A DNA stretch of 41,159 bases, taken from the NCBI GenBank assembly GCA_964564095.1, contig CAZLZX010000001.1, forward strand, positions 1-41,159, in the 5' to 3' direction. The notes under the pieces were generated by a model, which was not told the DNA's origin, ran no database searches, and saw only the letters and a program-made list of their open reading frames with translations. The stretch's first letter is position 1. Each line of letters starts with the position of its first letter. Made by a program: the position numbers and the translations under genes. This document shows positions 7,851-17,829 of the stretch, piece after piece. The stretch is from an uncultured Eubacterium sp. (GTDB lineage Bacteria; Bacillota; Clostridia; Lachnospirales; Lachnospiraceae).

Positions 7851-9374
7851 CTATGCAATAACTGCTTCCAGATCAAGCGCTTCCGCCAGCAGCTTTAATT
7901 CCTCCACATAGTCGCCATATGCCAAAACAGTATGGTTGCCAAAATACTGCTGTTTGTGGAAAAAGTCCTTTTGATCCGCCACATTGAAAAATACACCCTG
8001 ATCACAGTTTTTCATCTCATATCCTGCTCCACCGCAAATCGTACCTTTAGCAATAAACAACTTTGTTGCATCCGGAGAAATGCGGATCATCGTAATAACC
8101 TGACCTGCATCTTTTGCAAAATCGTAACGGATTGTTGCACCAAATCCGCTGTATGCAAACGGCGCCAGACGATAGGATTCCTTCGGCTCCTTTAATCCTT
8201 TCAGATTACGGTTCGGTGTAGAGTGGAACGTCATGTAAAGCTCTGTCTTATCCTCGATATCTGCAATTGTCTCATCGTTGAATTTGTGAAACGGAACCAT
8301 CTTGCCGTCTTTATATACAATTGCATTTGTATTGCCCATATAAGGAGCTTTGCCGGACAGGTTTGTCATAATAACTTTTCCCAACACAGAATTAATATCA
8401 TATTCACATGCAGAAGAAATACCATTTTCATCATTCAACGAATGTGTCATGCACAGAGTAAATTTTTCTTCCGAAAACCTTCTCGTTGAACAGAGATCCG
8501 GACATGGAGCAGTAAAAGCATTACAATCATATGCATCCATAATTTTCTGAATTGTATAATATGCCGTAATTGTCTGCTTTACCATTTCCGGCTCCATAAT
8601 ACATGCCTCCGCACCCGCAACCAGCTCATCCGTAATTCTTTCAATCTCTTTCATATCCTCTTCATTAATATTCAAAGCCTCGCGTCCCGGTGTAGACGGA
8701 TTTGCCATAGGATCTGTCATATGAGTCTGATCCAACATCTCATGTACATTAACATGTCTAAACTGAACTCCCCATTTTCTGGATACTTCGTTCTGATTGA
8801 TAAAGTTATCATAAGAACTGAACGAACGATTGGAGTCCCATCTTACCGCAAGCAACACTCTCGTATTTGCCAGCGCTTTACGTACACGCAGCGCCTTCAT
8901 ATGGGTCTCAAATTCTTCCCATGTCATATATGCATACGCTTCCAATCCGCGATTCTTCACGGCAGCGGTATTCCCAATGCCATCACAGCAAAGTCCCGGA
9001 GCGCTTCCCTGTGGTTTTTTATATCTTTCGGCAAACTCAATATAAATATCGCCGCGGCCAATTCCAAAATGGAATAGATAAAAATCAACATCAGCAATAT
9101 TTTCCGCCATTTTTTCAAACATCTCTTCTTTACTCTTAAACCAATCATCACGTTCTACGTAAATCGGCTCCATCATATGAATGCCTTCAGGCGAATGCTT
9201 TTTCAAATCCTCTTTAAAAGCAGCATACAATTCCTGATTCATGAGAGCATCATATTCCGGCATTAATTCGTCCCCCTCGCCGAAACGGCACGGTCCCTCA
9301 TAAAAGTATAAATGCTGAAGCCCGATAAAAATTGGTCTTACATTTAATACAGTATCAATTGTTTTTCTGATCAT
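7851..9374 (-). CDS. L-fucose/L-arabinose isomerase-fold protein, Cys-rich (paralogue A)
   Basis: Colinear with 4039..5574 (LNVRPIF, EGPCRFG, CPDxC, SACEYD, FHSTPNR, GNH); start 9374 follows AAGGAGG. Confidence 0.75.
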   Translation of the reverse strand: MIRKTIDTVLNVRPIFIGLQHLYFYEGPCRFGEGDELMPEYDALMNQELYAAFKEDLKKHSPEGIHMMEPIYVERDDWFKSKEEMFEKMAENIADVDFYLFHFGIGRGDIYIEFAERYKKPQGSAPGLCCDGIGNTAAVKNRGLEAYAYMTWEEFETHMKALRVRKALANTRVLLAVRWDSNRSFSSYDNFINQNEVSRKWGVQFRHVNVHEMLDQTHMTDPMANPSTPGREALNINEEDMKEIERITDELVAGAEACIMEPEMVKQTITAYYTIQKIMDAYDCNAFTAPCPDLCSTRRFSEEKFTLCMTHSLNDENGISSACEYDINSVLGKVIMTNLSGKAPYMGNTNAIVYKDGKMVPFHKFNDETIADIEDKTELYMTFHSTPNRNLKGLKEPKESYRLAPFAYSGFGATIRYDFAKDAGQVITMIRISPDATKLFIAKGTICGGAGYEMKNCDQGVFFNVADQKDFFHKQQYFGNHTVLAYGDYVEELKLLAEALDLEAVIA

Positions 9375-9612
9375 TTTAAAAACCTCCTTTGTTGTTTTAT
9401 GAGCATATAATACAGACACATTTCAGATAAAAAAAGCGATTTTTATTCATATTTTGTTGAATTTCTTTTATATTATCTGTCTATTTTTGTTATTTTTTTA
9501 CCAATACACACAATTCCTATATTCATACCATGTTAATGGATACCTTGAAAATTCGGGCATCCAATTTTCTGTTTTTCAAGCGATTCGTCATTTTCCCCAT
9601 ATACTGCAACGC

Positions 9613-9640
9613 AAAAAAAACAGAACCATATAGGTTCTGT
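9613..9640 (-). terminator. Intrinsic terminator after C39 peptidase gene
   Basis: ACAGAACC-ATATA-GGTTCTGT stem followed on minus strand by a T run. Confidence 0.75.
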
Positions 9641-9715
9641 CCTTTCCATTTAACACTCCATATTTGACAAAATGACTTTTCGTAATCTCTATTCCCCATA
9701 CAGGGTAATAAGTTG

Positions 9716-10489
9716 TCATTGAAACGCCCACAAATTTTTCATCTGCGGCATAATATCCTCCAGTTTCCAGGACTTATCACTGTTGATCCGGCTATTGGAG
9801 TCATTTACTCTAACTGTTCCATCATCATTCACACCTGTCAGCACAATAAAATGTCCGCTTGCAGTAAAGTCTCCCGGTCCCATGATACAGATGATCGGAT
9901 GCCCGGCATTCAATTCATTACGAATCACAGATGCATCCAGGGATACTTCATGGGAACTCAATCCCAGCATGGAAGCGCCAGTGGTCATCAGATCCCAGCT
10001 GGAACCGCTGCCCTCCACATAGAAACCGTTTTCTTCCGCAAATCTCGCCACTTCAAGGGGAGACCATTTCGCATTCTGGGTCAGGCCTGCCAGCACCATT
10101 GCCAGGCTGGTGGGACCACAGCCGTCCACCGCCATCATTTCATTTCCATAATATTCATATCCCCATCGCTTGTCCCACTGAATAAACAATGGAATCTCTC
10201 CTGCATGAATCTCACTTTCCAGATCAATCTCATGCGTTTTTCCGGATTCCTTATCATAATTCAGCACAAACTCGGCTGTTTCCGGATTACTGTCAAGCAA
10301 ATCTTCCAGAATCGGTGGATAATCCTCGTTTTTCTGCAGCTGCTGCCTTGCCTTTTGTACAACCATATGATTCCCCGCAGCTCCGTCATCCGCTTTCAGC
10401 CCCATTATAAAAACACACGTTAATATAAATACCACGATCAATGCGATAACCCGTCTGCGCGCTCTGCGTCTGTAAACCTGTCGTTCCAT
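9716..10489 (-). CDS. C39-family (papain-like) peptidase, membrane anchored
   Basis: N-terminal TM; IQWDKRWG, GCGPTSLAMV (Cys), GHFIVL (His), VNDSNS. Confidence 0.88.
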   Translation of the reverse strand: MERQVYRRRARRRVIALIVVFILTCVFIMGLKADDGAAGNHMVVQKARQQLQKNEDYPPILEDLLDSNPETAEFVLNYDKESGKTHEIDLESEIHAGEIPLFIQWDKRWGYEYYGNEMMAVDGCGPTSLAMVLAGLTQNAKWSPLEVARFAEENGFYVEGSGSSWDLMTTGASMLGLSSHEVSLDASVIRNELNAGHPIICIMGPGDFTASGHFIVLTGVNDDGTVRVNDSNSRINSDKSWKLEDIMPQMKNLWAFQ

Positions 10490-10644
10490 AAAATCATTCC
10501 CTTTATTTCCCCGCCCAAAACATCATCTCAAATATAAGGGGAAACCATGCCCTTCTGTCTGCATTGGCGGAGATAACTCATTTCTGATATCATGCCACAC
10601 AAAACCAGCATATATTTTATAGAAAATCTTAATGATTTCTTATT

Positions 10645-12246
10645 CTACTCCTCCTCTTTATAATGCTTTCTCTTGTAATCCATGGGACTCATCCCGTAAA
10701 TCTGCTTAAAGGCATCCACGAAACGCCGAACATTGTTGTATCCTACCCGCTCTCCGATCTCATAAGTTTTCAAATCCGTATTCAACAGCAAACGCAGCGC
10801 CTCATCCATACGGATACCGGTCAGGTATGCTTTATAATTTTGTCCTGTCTCCTTCTTAAACATGGCGCTGAAATAATTCTGACTGACGCACGCCACATCC
10901 GCAAGCTCCTTGACAGACAGATCCTCATTGTAATGATCCAAAATATATTTTTTTACATCTTCAATGACCATAGCATCCTTAGACCGCTCTGTCCGGTAAA
11001 TCTCCGCAGTCAAAGACTCATAATGCTTCATGATGCAGTCATGCAGCGAACGGAAGGTTGTCTGCGCTTCCACCTGTGCCTGCAAGGCATCCTGCATCAC
11101 ATAAAAATCTCCGGTCAAAAGCTTATAATTATACAGTTTCATTCCCAGATCCCCGGTAAACTGCATAACACGGCTCTTAGCTGCATATTGATTCCCATAA
11201 TGGATCTGTTCAATCATATGAAGCTGCTTATCAATATTTTTCAAAACAGATCCATCCTTTGCTATGATCGAACGGAATACTTCTTCCATGCCGTTCTGAT
11301 AGTCCTCAAAAGATATTTTATACTCCTTGTGGATATCTTCAAAGTCAATGACCGGCTTTTCCTCAAAGAAATACAGATCATAGGCAAGCTTTGCCGTTTT
11401 ATATACATTTTTTAACATTGAGACGTCATCCGTCCGCATACCGATCCCGACACACAGTTCAACATTGTGATCTCTTTCCAGTTCAATTTTTATAAAATGT
11501 ATGTACCGTTCATAAAAGGTATCTTTATCTTCATTTGCAAAGACGCCGATCACATGGAGACAATTTTCATCCCGCTTAAGCACGAATCCAAGATGCTCAT
11601 CCCGAACGATATCGCTCATTCTGCTAAAAACGGTAAAACGTGAAAGATTGTACTGAACGTTTGACATTTCCTGAGATATATTGCTTTCCCGAGGAAGAAT
11701 ACCTATACAGATTCCCACAAAGAACTTATCTTCAAAATCAATATTTGCATTAGCAAACATTTCATACAACGTATTCTTATCAAAAGCACGTCCCTCATTA
11801 ATATCCTGAAACAGCGCTTCAAATTCATTCGTCTTTTCCCTGAAGATCCCTGCCGCAAACCGTTCCTCCAGCAAATCCTGTGTTTTTCGGACCGCCTTCT
11901 CCAGATCCCTGCGCGCCACCGGTTTTAACAGATAATCCACTGCGCCTCCCGCCAACGCTTCTCTGGCATACGCAAACTCCTGATATCCGCTGATGAAAAT
12001 AAACTTTACCGATTCCATTCCATCATCTTTAACCTGATGCATCACTTCCAGCCCCGTCATTTCCGGCATCATAATATCAGAAATGACGATGTCCGGTTTC
12101 TTTTCCGTGATCTGCCGGTAAAGCTCCGCTCCATCCGTTGCTTCTCCCGCAAGTTCCAGTTTCAGTTCTTCCCAATGGATCATTTTCTTTAAACCGTTTA
12201 AGATAACGATCTCATCATCTGCCATTACTACTTTCCACATTTTCAT
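10645..12246 (-). CDS. YesN-like response regulator (REC + AraC HTH)
   Basis: ADDE..SDIMMP..YLLKP receiver; C-terminal YFSAMFKKETG..VGYNNVRRFVDAFKQIYGMSP. Confidence 0.93.
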   Translation of the reverse strand: MKMWKVVMADDEIVILNGLKKMIHWEELKLELAGEATDGAELYRQITEKKPDIVISDIMMPEMTGLEVMHQVKDDGMESVKFIFISGYQEFAYAREALAGGAVDYLLKPVARRDLEKAVRKTQDLLEERFAAGIFREKTNEFEALFQDINEGRAFDKNTLYEMFANANIDFEDKFFVGICIGILPRESNISQEMSNVQYNLSRFTVFSRMSDIVRDEHLGFVLKRDENCLHVIGVFANEDKDTFYERYIHFIKIELERDHNVELCVGIGMRTDDVSMLKNVYKTAKLAYDLYFFEEKPVIDFEDIHKEYKISFEDYQNGMEEVFRSIIAKDGSVLKNIDKQLHMIEQIHYGNQYAAKSRVMQFTGDLGMKLYNYKLLTGDFYVMQDALQAQVEAQTTFRSLHDCIMKHYESLTAEIYRTERSKDAMVIEDVKKYILDHYNEDLSVKELADVACVSQNYFSAMFKKETGQNYKAYLTGIRMDEALRLLLNTDLKTYEIGERVGYNNVRRFVDAFKQIYGMSPMDYKRKHYKEEE

Positions 12247-14041
12247 TCCCCTCCTTCCAGACAGGCAGATGAAAGGTTACGATCGTACCCATACCTTCCA
12301 CACTATGGATCACATAACCATACTGTTTTCCGCAATTTAACTTAATGCGGTCATAAACATTTTTCATTCCCACACTGAGCCATCCGCTGTTATCTGCTTG
12401 TCCCGCTTTTGGATTATCTAAGGCCTCCTGCATCTTCTGAACCCGCTCTTCACTCATGCCGACTCCGTCATCCATAATTGCCACCTGCAGTTCATCGCCC
12501 TGACGTTCAACCTGAATGGCCACGGTCCCTTTTCCCTTTTTCTGCCGCAGCCCATGCCGAATCGCATTTTCAATGATAGGCTGAAACAGCATTTTCGGCA
12601 CCAGCAGCGAGGCGTCTTCATCTGACACGCTGACAATCATTGAAATACGCCCCTGATATCTTGCCTTCATAATGACAAAGTATTCCCGCAGCATCTTAAT
12701 CTCTTCCCGGATCTGAGCCTTCTCATTTTGTTCGCCCAACACATATCGAAGCTGATATGCCAGGCTCTCCAACAGCTCCGCCGTCTCCTCATCATCATGA
12801 TCCAGCGCAGTCATTCGGATCACATCCAGGGTATTGTACAGATAATGAGGCTGAATCTGCATCTTAAGCGCATTCAGCTCCGCCTCCTTCTGGCAGATCT
12901 GTGCCACATACACCTGATCAATATAAGTCTGCAGATCCTGAACCATCTTGTTAAATCCATCCGTTATATATTCCATTTCATCTTTGGTATCCACTTTGAC
13001 CTGCACAGACAGGTTCCCGCGCTGTACCTCTTCCATAGCCCGTTTCAATTCCGCCACAGGCTGACTCATTCTCCGGGAAAAAAACATATACAGCCCCATA
13101 AGCACAAATGCCACAAAACATAAGATCAAAATTACCATTGTCCGGCTTTGAAACAGCCCTGCCAGCACTTCACTTTCATCCAGAAGCAGGATTGCATAAG
13201 CTTCTGTATTTCCGATCTGTTCATAAAAGATCCAATGGCCATTGATCCTGCTGTTTCCCCTCTGTTCTTTCAGCGCCTCGCTGTACTCCGCCAGTGGATC
13301 CGCTCCATTTAAATAATCATTCGTATTTTTACTATAGATATAATGGGGATCCTTCTTTCTATAAACGTACAGTTCTCCCTGTTCTATCTGAACCTCTTCT
13401 GCCAGACGGTCAAGCTGCTGCACATTGATATCTACAAAAAAGGTTCCCAGGACTTCAGAATTGATCTTTTCCACGCTGCTGACATCCATATAGTTCCGGA
13501 CCAAAGTAAAAATATAATCATCCGTATTGATACAAAACTGACTCTCCTCCGCAGTTGCCAGTATTTCCAATGCATGTATCTGATCTTCCTCCGGCCTCAT
13601 CTCCTGCAAATAAGAATTCGTGTTATTTCTCATGGTCTTATTCTGATCATAAAACAGACTATATATATTGCCGTCCCTGTCAACAAAACGTTCCGAAGAT
13701 ATATAATCACTTTTTGACATAAAATTTCTAAGCATCGTAATCATATAGAGATTTTTTTCACTCTCATTCATCTGCTCATCTTTGATGATCTGGTCCAGGC
13801 TCCCTTTTTCCGTCTCATAATCATAGAGTTCTCCCATAATCGCATCTACTTCTTCTATCATATCCGTAACATTTCTTGCAAAATAGCCGGTAATCTGCGT
13901 ATAATTGCTTGACATAACGCCGCTGATCTTATTTGAATAATGCGCAAAGAAAACAATCCCGATAACCATCAGGGGCAGCATGCCAAGCATCACAAATCCC
14001 AACGTCAGTTTTCCAAATGTCGTATTCCTTTTCAGTTTCAT
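12215..14041 (-). CDS. YesM-like sensor histidine kinase (HAMP + His_kinase/LytS type)
   Basis: 2 TMs, HAMP, LKMQIQPHYLYNTL H-box, QPIIENAIRHG, DDGVGM. Confidence 0.93.
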   Translation of the reverse strand: MKLKRNTTFGKLTLGFVMLGMLPLMVIGIVFFAHYSNKISGVMSSNYTQITGYFARNVTDMIEEVDAIMGELYDYETEKGSLDQIIKDEQMNESEKNLYMITMLRNFMSKSDYISSERFVDRDGNIYSLFYDQNKTMRNNTNSYLQEMRPEEDQIHALEILATAEESQFCINTDDYIFTLVRNYMDVSSVEKINSEVLGTFFVDINVQQLDRLAEEVQIEQGELYVYRKKDPHYIYSKNTNDYLNGADPLAEYSEALKEQRGNSRINGHWIFYEQIGNTEAYAILLLDESEVLAGLFQSRTMVILILCFVAFVLMGLYMFFSRRMSQPVAELKRAMEEVQRGNLSVQVKVDTKDEMEYITDGFNKMVQDLQTYIDQVYVAQICQKEAELNALKMQIQPHYLYNTLDVIRMTALDHDDEETAELLESLAYQLRYVLGEQNEKAQIREEIKMLREYFVIMKARYQGRISMIVSVSDEDASLLVPKMLFQPIIENAIRHGLRQKKGKGTVAIQVERQGDELQVAIMDDGVGMSEERVQKMQEALDNPKAGQADNSGWLSVGMKNVYDRIKLNCGKQYGYVIHSVEGMGTIVTFHLPVWKEGNENVESSNGR

Positions 14042-15369
14042 GATGCGCCTCCGCTCTCCTCATCCATACATTGCTGCCACAAATCCTGGCACATCTGCTG
14101 AGCCTGGTCATTTGTCAGATTTCTCTCCAGCATCTGCTGAACAATGTTCAGCATACCTTCTTCAAAGCCCTGAGGTGTTTCAGAATCTCCGACAAATCCG
14201 GTTATATGTCTCGTATTGCTCGTATACTTATCCGTGACCTCTTTCTGAATTTCGGTCATATCATATCCCCGGTAATGCTCTACGGCTGAAAAAGCGGTAA
14301 TACTTTTACGAACATTGGCATAATTCTCTTCCGAATAAAAAAACTTCAAAAATTCCATTGCCGCTTCGTACTTTTTCTCATCGTTCTGGCAGGCAGCCGT
14401 TACCGCCAGAAAGGTATCCCGATTCTCTCCCACATAAATATTTCCCTCTTCATCGGGCACATAGAACCAGCCCAGATTCATATCCGGATTCAATTTCTGA
14501 ATCTCCTCACAGATCCACGGACCGCCGTAAATCATGGCGATCTCTCCCTGGGACATCATATAGGAAAGCTGCCCATCCGAAATGGAAAGCCAATCCTCAT
14601 CCACATATCCGCTGTCAAACAGCTCCTGTAAATGGGAAAACATCTCTCCAACCTCTTCATCTGTCCAGCTCGTTATCCCGGCGCTGCACTGTTCCTGCCA
14701 ATCCGGATTCCGGGAAAGGATATCCGTCCGAAAGAAATGATTGACCCAAAATTCCATATGCCACAGATCGTTGCCGCCCACGCCAATGGGCGTGATCCAG
14801 CGCCTGGAGAGCTTGCGGCAGCACTCCAGAAACTCCCCATACGTCGTTGGTTCTTCAATATTATAATGTTCAAACATATCTTTATTATAGATAATGCCGC
14901 TGGTAGAATTTACCATACCAATACCGTATATTTTTCCATCCTCAACATATACGGATTTGGAGCCAATCTGAGCCGCAACATCTTCCCGGATACTGCCCAA
15001 TACTCCGCTTGCAGCATAATGCTGCGGTGTTTTTAACTGTACGATATCCCCCAGCTCATCTCTGGCAATCAATTTATTTAAAATTTTTTCATATACCTTG
15101 TTTTCATAGTGAATCTGATACTGTATTTCAATATCCGAATGCATTTTTTCAAATTTTTCTACGCTTTTTTCAATTGCACTGTTCCATTGTGCATTCTGAT
15201 AAGCATACACAAGCTGCAATTCTATGATATCTTCCTCCTGCTGCGCAGCCTTTTTCTCTTCATTCTTCCCCAAGATATTTACCGCCAAAAGCAATATTAC
15301 CATGCCCAATGCTGCCGCTGCTACAACCAGCAGCCACATAGTTCTATTGTCAATTTTTTTTATCTTCAT
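14038..15369 (-). CDS. Carbohydrate-type extracellular solute-binding protein
   Basis: N-terminal TM anchor; GIIYNKDMFE..EPTTYGEF, GEIAMIYGGPW motifs; start chosen at ATG after AGGTGAG. Confidence 0.85.
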   Translation of the reverse strand: MKIKKIDNRTMWLLVVAAAALGMVILLLAVNILGKNEEKKAAQQEEDIIELQLVYAYQNAQWNSAIEKSVEKFEKMHSDIEIQYQIHYENKVYEKILNKLIARDELGDIVQLKTPQHYAASGVLGSIREDVAAQIGSKSVYVEDGKIYGIGMVNSTSGIIYNKDMFEHYNIEEPTTYGEFLECCRKLSRRWITPIGVGGNDLWHMEFWVNHFFRTDILSRNPDWQEQCSAGITSWTDEEVGEMFSHLQELFDSGYVDEDWLSISDGQLSYMMSQGEIAMIYGGPWICEEIQKLNPDMNLGWFYVPDEEGNIYVGENRDTFLAVTAACQNDEKKYEAAMEFLKFFYSEENYANVRKSITAFSAVEHYRGYDMTEIQKEVTDKYTSNTRHITGFVGDSETPQGFEEGMLNIVQQMLERNLTNDQAQQMCQDLWQQCMDEESGGAS

Positions 15370-15560
15370 GTACTCACCTGCCCGATCTCCATGCAGCAGC
15401 ATCTCCCCGCTGCCACAGCAAAAGCTCCCTGACTTCCTTCCCCTTAACTGCTATGCAAAAAGAGGCCTAACATTTAGAAACATTTTCTATGCCAGACCTC
15501 TATTATCATTCCTGCTTATGAAACTGAAAATGCTTCATCATTCATACTGATACTGCATTC

Positions 15561-15965
15561 CTATTTCTGTATAAACTCAATCAGAACTCCATCCGGATCT
15601 CTTACAAACATCACTGCATTGCCTTCCATCGTAACCTCATGAGCAATGTCCACTCCATTTGCAGTAAATCCCTCTTTTAATGATTTCATATCATCTGTTA
15701 AAAAAGCCACATGTTTGGTTCCGATTGTCTGCAAATCCGAGTTCGGTGTCTTCCGGTCCTCAGGAATTGCTTTCGGTTCATCATACTGGAAAAGCTCAAG
15801 TTCAAAACCGTCTTTTTCCACAAAACAGATTCTTGCTCCAAGGGGTGGAACATAGTCATCCTGTTTTAATTCAAATCCAAGGTTTTTCCTGTACCATTCC
15901 AAAGATGCCTCCATATCTTTCACGCTGATTCCAACATGTAAGGGACGCAATACGTTTTCTGTCAT
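15561..15965 (-). CDS. VOC/glyoxalase-family protein
   Basis: HVGISVKDMEASLEWY, ELF, HVAF, FVRDPDGVLIEF metal-ligand pattern; RBS GAGGT. Confidence 0.9.
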   Translation of the reverse strand: MTENVLRPLHVGISVKDMEASLEWYRKNLGFELKQDDYVPPLGARICFVEKDGFELELFQYDEPKAIPEDRKTPNSDLQTIGTKHVAFLTDDMKSLKEGFTANGVDIAHEVTMEGNAVMFVRDPDGVLIEFIQK

Positions 15966-16057
15966 AACCTTTACCTCACATTTCTTTTTGTAATCTCGTT
16001 GTCTGGCCGGGACAATATGTAACAATCATATAATGCATGCTATCATTACCTGTAAAT

Positions 16058-16086
16058 ACTATATCAGTCCCTTGTTTTCTTGTCAA
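16058..16086 (-). promoter_or_regulatory. Sigma-A promoter for VOC gene
   Basis: Minus strand TTGACA-17 bp-TATAGT. Confidence 0.8.
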
Positions 16087-16185
16087 AACAATGCTACACA
16101 TTTCTGACTTCTATTTTTGTATTCAACAACACCGATACTTCCTTTCGCTTTTTACACCCCGGCAGCACCGGTCTTGCAGAGCCTT

Positions 16186-17595
16186 TTACTCCGCAGTAAC
16201 GATAAGCTTTCCGCCGCTTGCCAGAGTGTACTCGCCTGCCTCAGCGCCTGTCGCAGTAATCGTTACGCCTTCCACTGCGTCAATCTGTGCCGGCTCCACA
16301 TCTGTCACAAAACATACGGTAGAATCTTTTGTTGCCGTCCATTTACTGCCTTTGTCAAAAGATACATTTGCATTCTGAATAGCGCCGGTAATCTGTGTGG
16401 AAGAAAGCAGAATCCACATATCGCGCTCCGTGTCTTCATGAATGAAATCTCCTGTCACATCCATATCTGCCATGAGAACATTTACTCCGTAAGGCGCATC
16501 GCCGGGATCTGTCTTACATGGATCATCATTTAAAATCGTATGTACGATCACGCCGGATTCGGAAGCAATATCCACATCGCTCATATCCAGGCAAAGATTA
16601 TGGCTCTTTACCAGAACCGCCTCTTTCTTTGTGCGGATCTTACCACCGTTGATCGTCATATCTGCCACTTCTTCTGCCCAACCATTTACACAGTGCGTCA
16701 ATACAAAATAGCTTCCGCAGGCTGCATCGCAGTCATTAAATGTCATATCACTGTTTCCTGCCAGAATCGCTGCCATGCGAGCCATATCCAAACGGCAGTC
16801 ATTGAAATAATCATGACAGCCAGGATCCGCATAAGCGCCATATCCATTCTTGGTACAGATAATGTCACAGTTGTTTGCTTCCAGATATACATATCCTTCG
16901 GAGGACTCTGTAGATAAAGCTGCCCATCCGTCACAGATAATAGTAGAATCATAGAAGTAACTGGAAGAGTTGGACATCGTACAGTGGGTACGTGTATTGC
17001 CATCGATCTCCAATGGTGGGGGCGGAGTAGACATCAAAGCGCTTGGACGCTCAATATCATCCCCATAAGGAATACCGTGTGCATAAAGGACGGAATCATA
17101 TACCTTCAGTACAGAGCCTTCCTCTGCTGCTGTGGCATATTTTGTTCTTCCGTTTGTATCAATAATTGCATTTTTGATCGTCAGCTTGCCATTGTATTTT
17201 ACTGCTGCCGCACTGGCGGGACCGCCGATTCCTGTACCCTCGCCTGCTGTGCTGATTACTGCGCCATCCAGTACCACGTCGGAGCCGGCGCCCTCTACAT
17301 AAAGACCGCCCTCTGTTCCTTTATAGGCAACGACTTTCAGATCTTTTACTTCACTGTCTGTTACGGTTCCGCCAAATTTCACAGAAGCATTGGAAAGATC
17401 TTCGCGATATTTGCCATCTTTAATGTGTACTGCCGCTACCGCATCTTCAGCCGGAGCGAACCAGTTAATGGGCTCTTTACCCGGATTCAGCACTGCATTT
17501 ACACCCTGGATAATGTCAGCCATTGTCAGCATATTTTTGGATTCCCGGCGGACAGGTTTGTTTTTCTGAACACCTTTGATTTTAGTCAGTTCCAT
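16186..17595 (-). CDS. Hypothetical protein, probable right-handed beta-helix, no signal peptide
   Basis: Repeating beta-coil segments (LTIKNAIIDT, LKVYDSVLYA, FYDSTIIC, LEANNCDII, TINGGKIRT); acidic; RBS AAAGGAAG. Confidence 0.7.
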   Translation of the reverse strand: MELTKIKGVQKNKPVRRESKNMLTMADIIQGVNAVLNPGKEPINWFAPAEDAVAAVHIKDGKYREDLSNASVKFGGTVTDSEVKDLKVVAYKGTEGGLYVEGAGSDVVLDGAVISTAGEGTGIGGPASAAAVKYNGKLTIKNAIIDTNGRTKYATAAEEGSVLKVYDSVLYAHGIPYGDDIERPSALMSTPPPPLEIDGNTRTHCTMSNSSSYFYDSTIICDGWAALSTESSEGYVYLEANNCDIICTKNGYGAYADPGCHDYFNDCRLDMARMAAILAGNSDMTFNDCDAACGSYFVLTHCVNGWAEEVADMTINGGKIRTKKEAVLVKSHNLCLDMSDVDIASESGVIVHTILNDDPCKTDPGDAPYGVNVLMADMDVTGDFIHEDTERDMWILLSSTQITGAIQNANVSFDKGSKWTATKDSTVCFVTDVEPAQIDAVEGVTITATGAEAGEYTLASGGKLIVTAE

Positions 17596-17730
17596 TTTTT
17601 TCTTCCTTTCTGCATATATTTATATTTTTTTGATTATTCCCAATATTTCATTTCGGTTTTTCTGCCGTTTCCCCAGGCATATCCCCACAGCTTTAATAAC
17701 CCAGTATGATCCTAGGATTTGCTGTTTTCT

Positions 17731-17763
17731 AAAAATGACCTCTGCCTTAGCAGAAGTCATTTT
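17731..17763 (-). terminator. Terminator-like hairpin between MFS and beta-helix genes
   Basis: Minus strand AAAATGACTTCTGC-TAAG-GCAGAGGTCATTTTT. Confidence 0.7.
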
Positions 17764-17829
17764 AAGGGTTCCCCGGAACGCCGTTTGGCGCTCCGGCTTT
17801 TAAGGGGGGATAATATTTCTATATTTTTA

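Noticed and set aside
4039-9374. Calling the paralogues fucI or araA
   Set aside because: No sugar kinase, aldolase or epimerase partners, and an atypical Cys-rich ligand set; only the fold is supported
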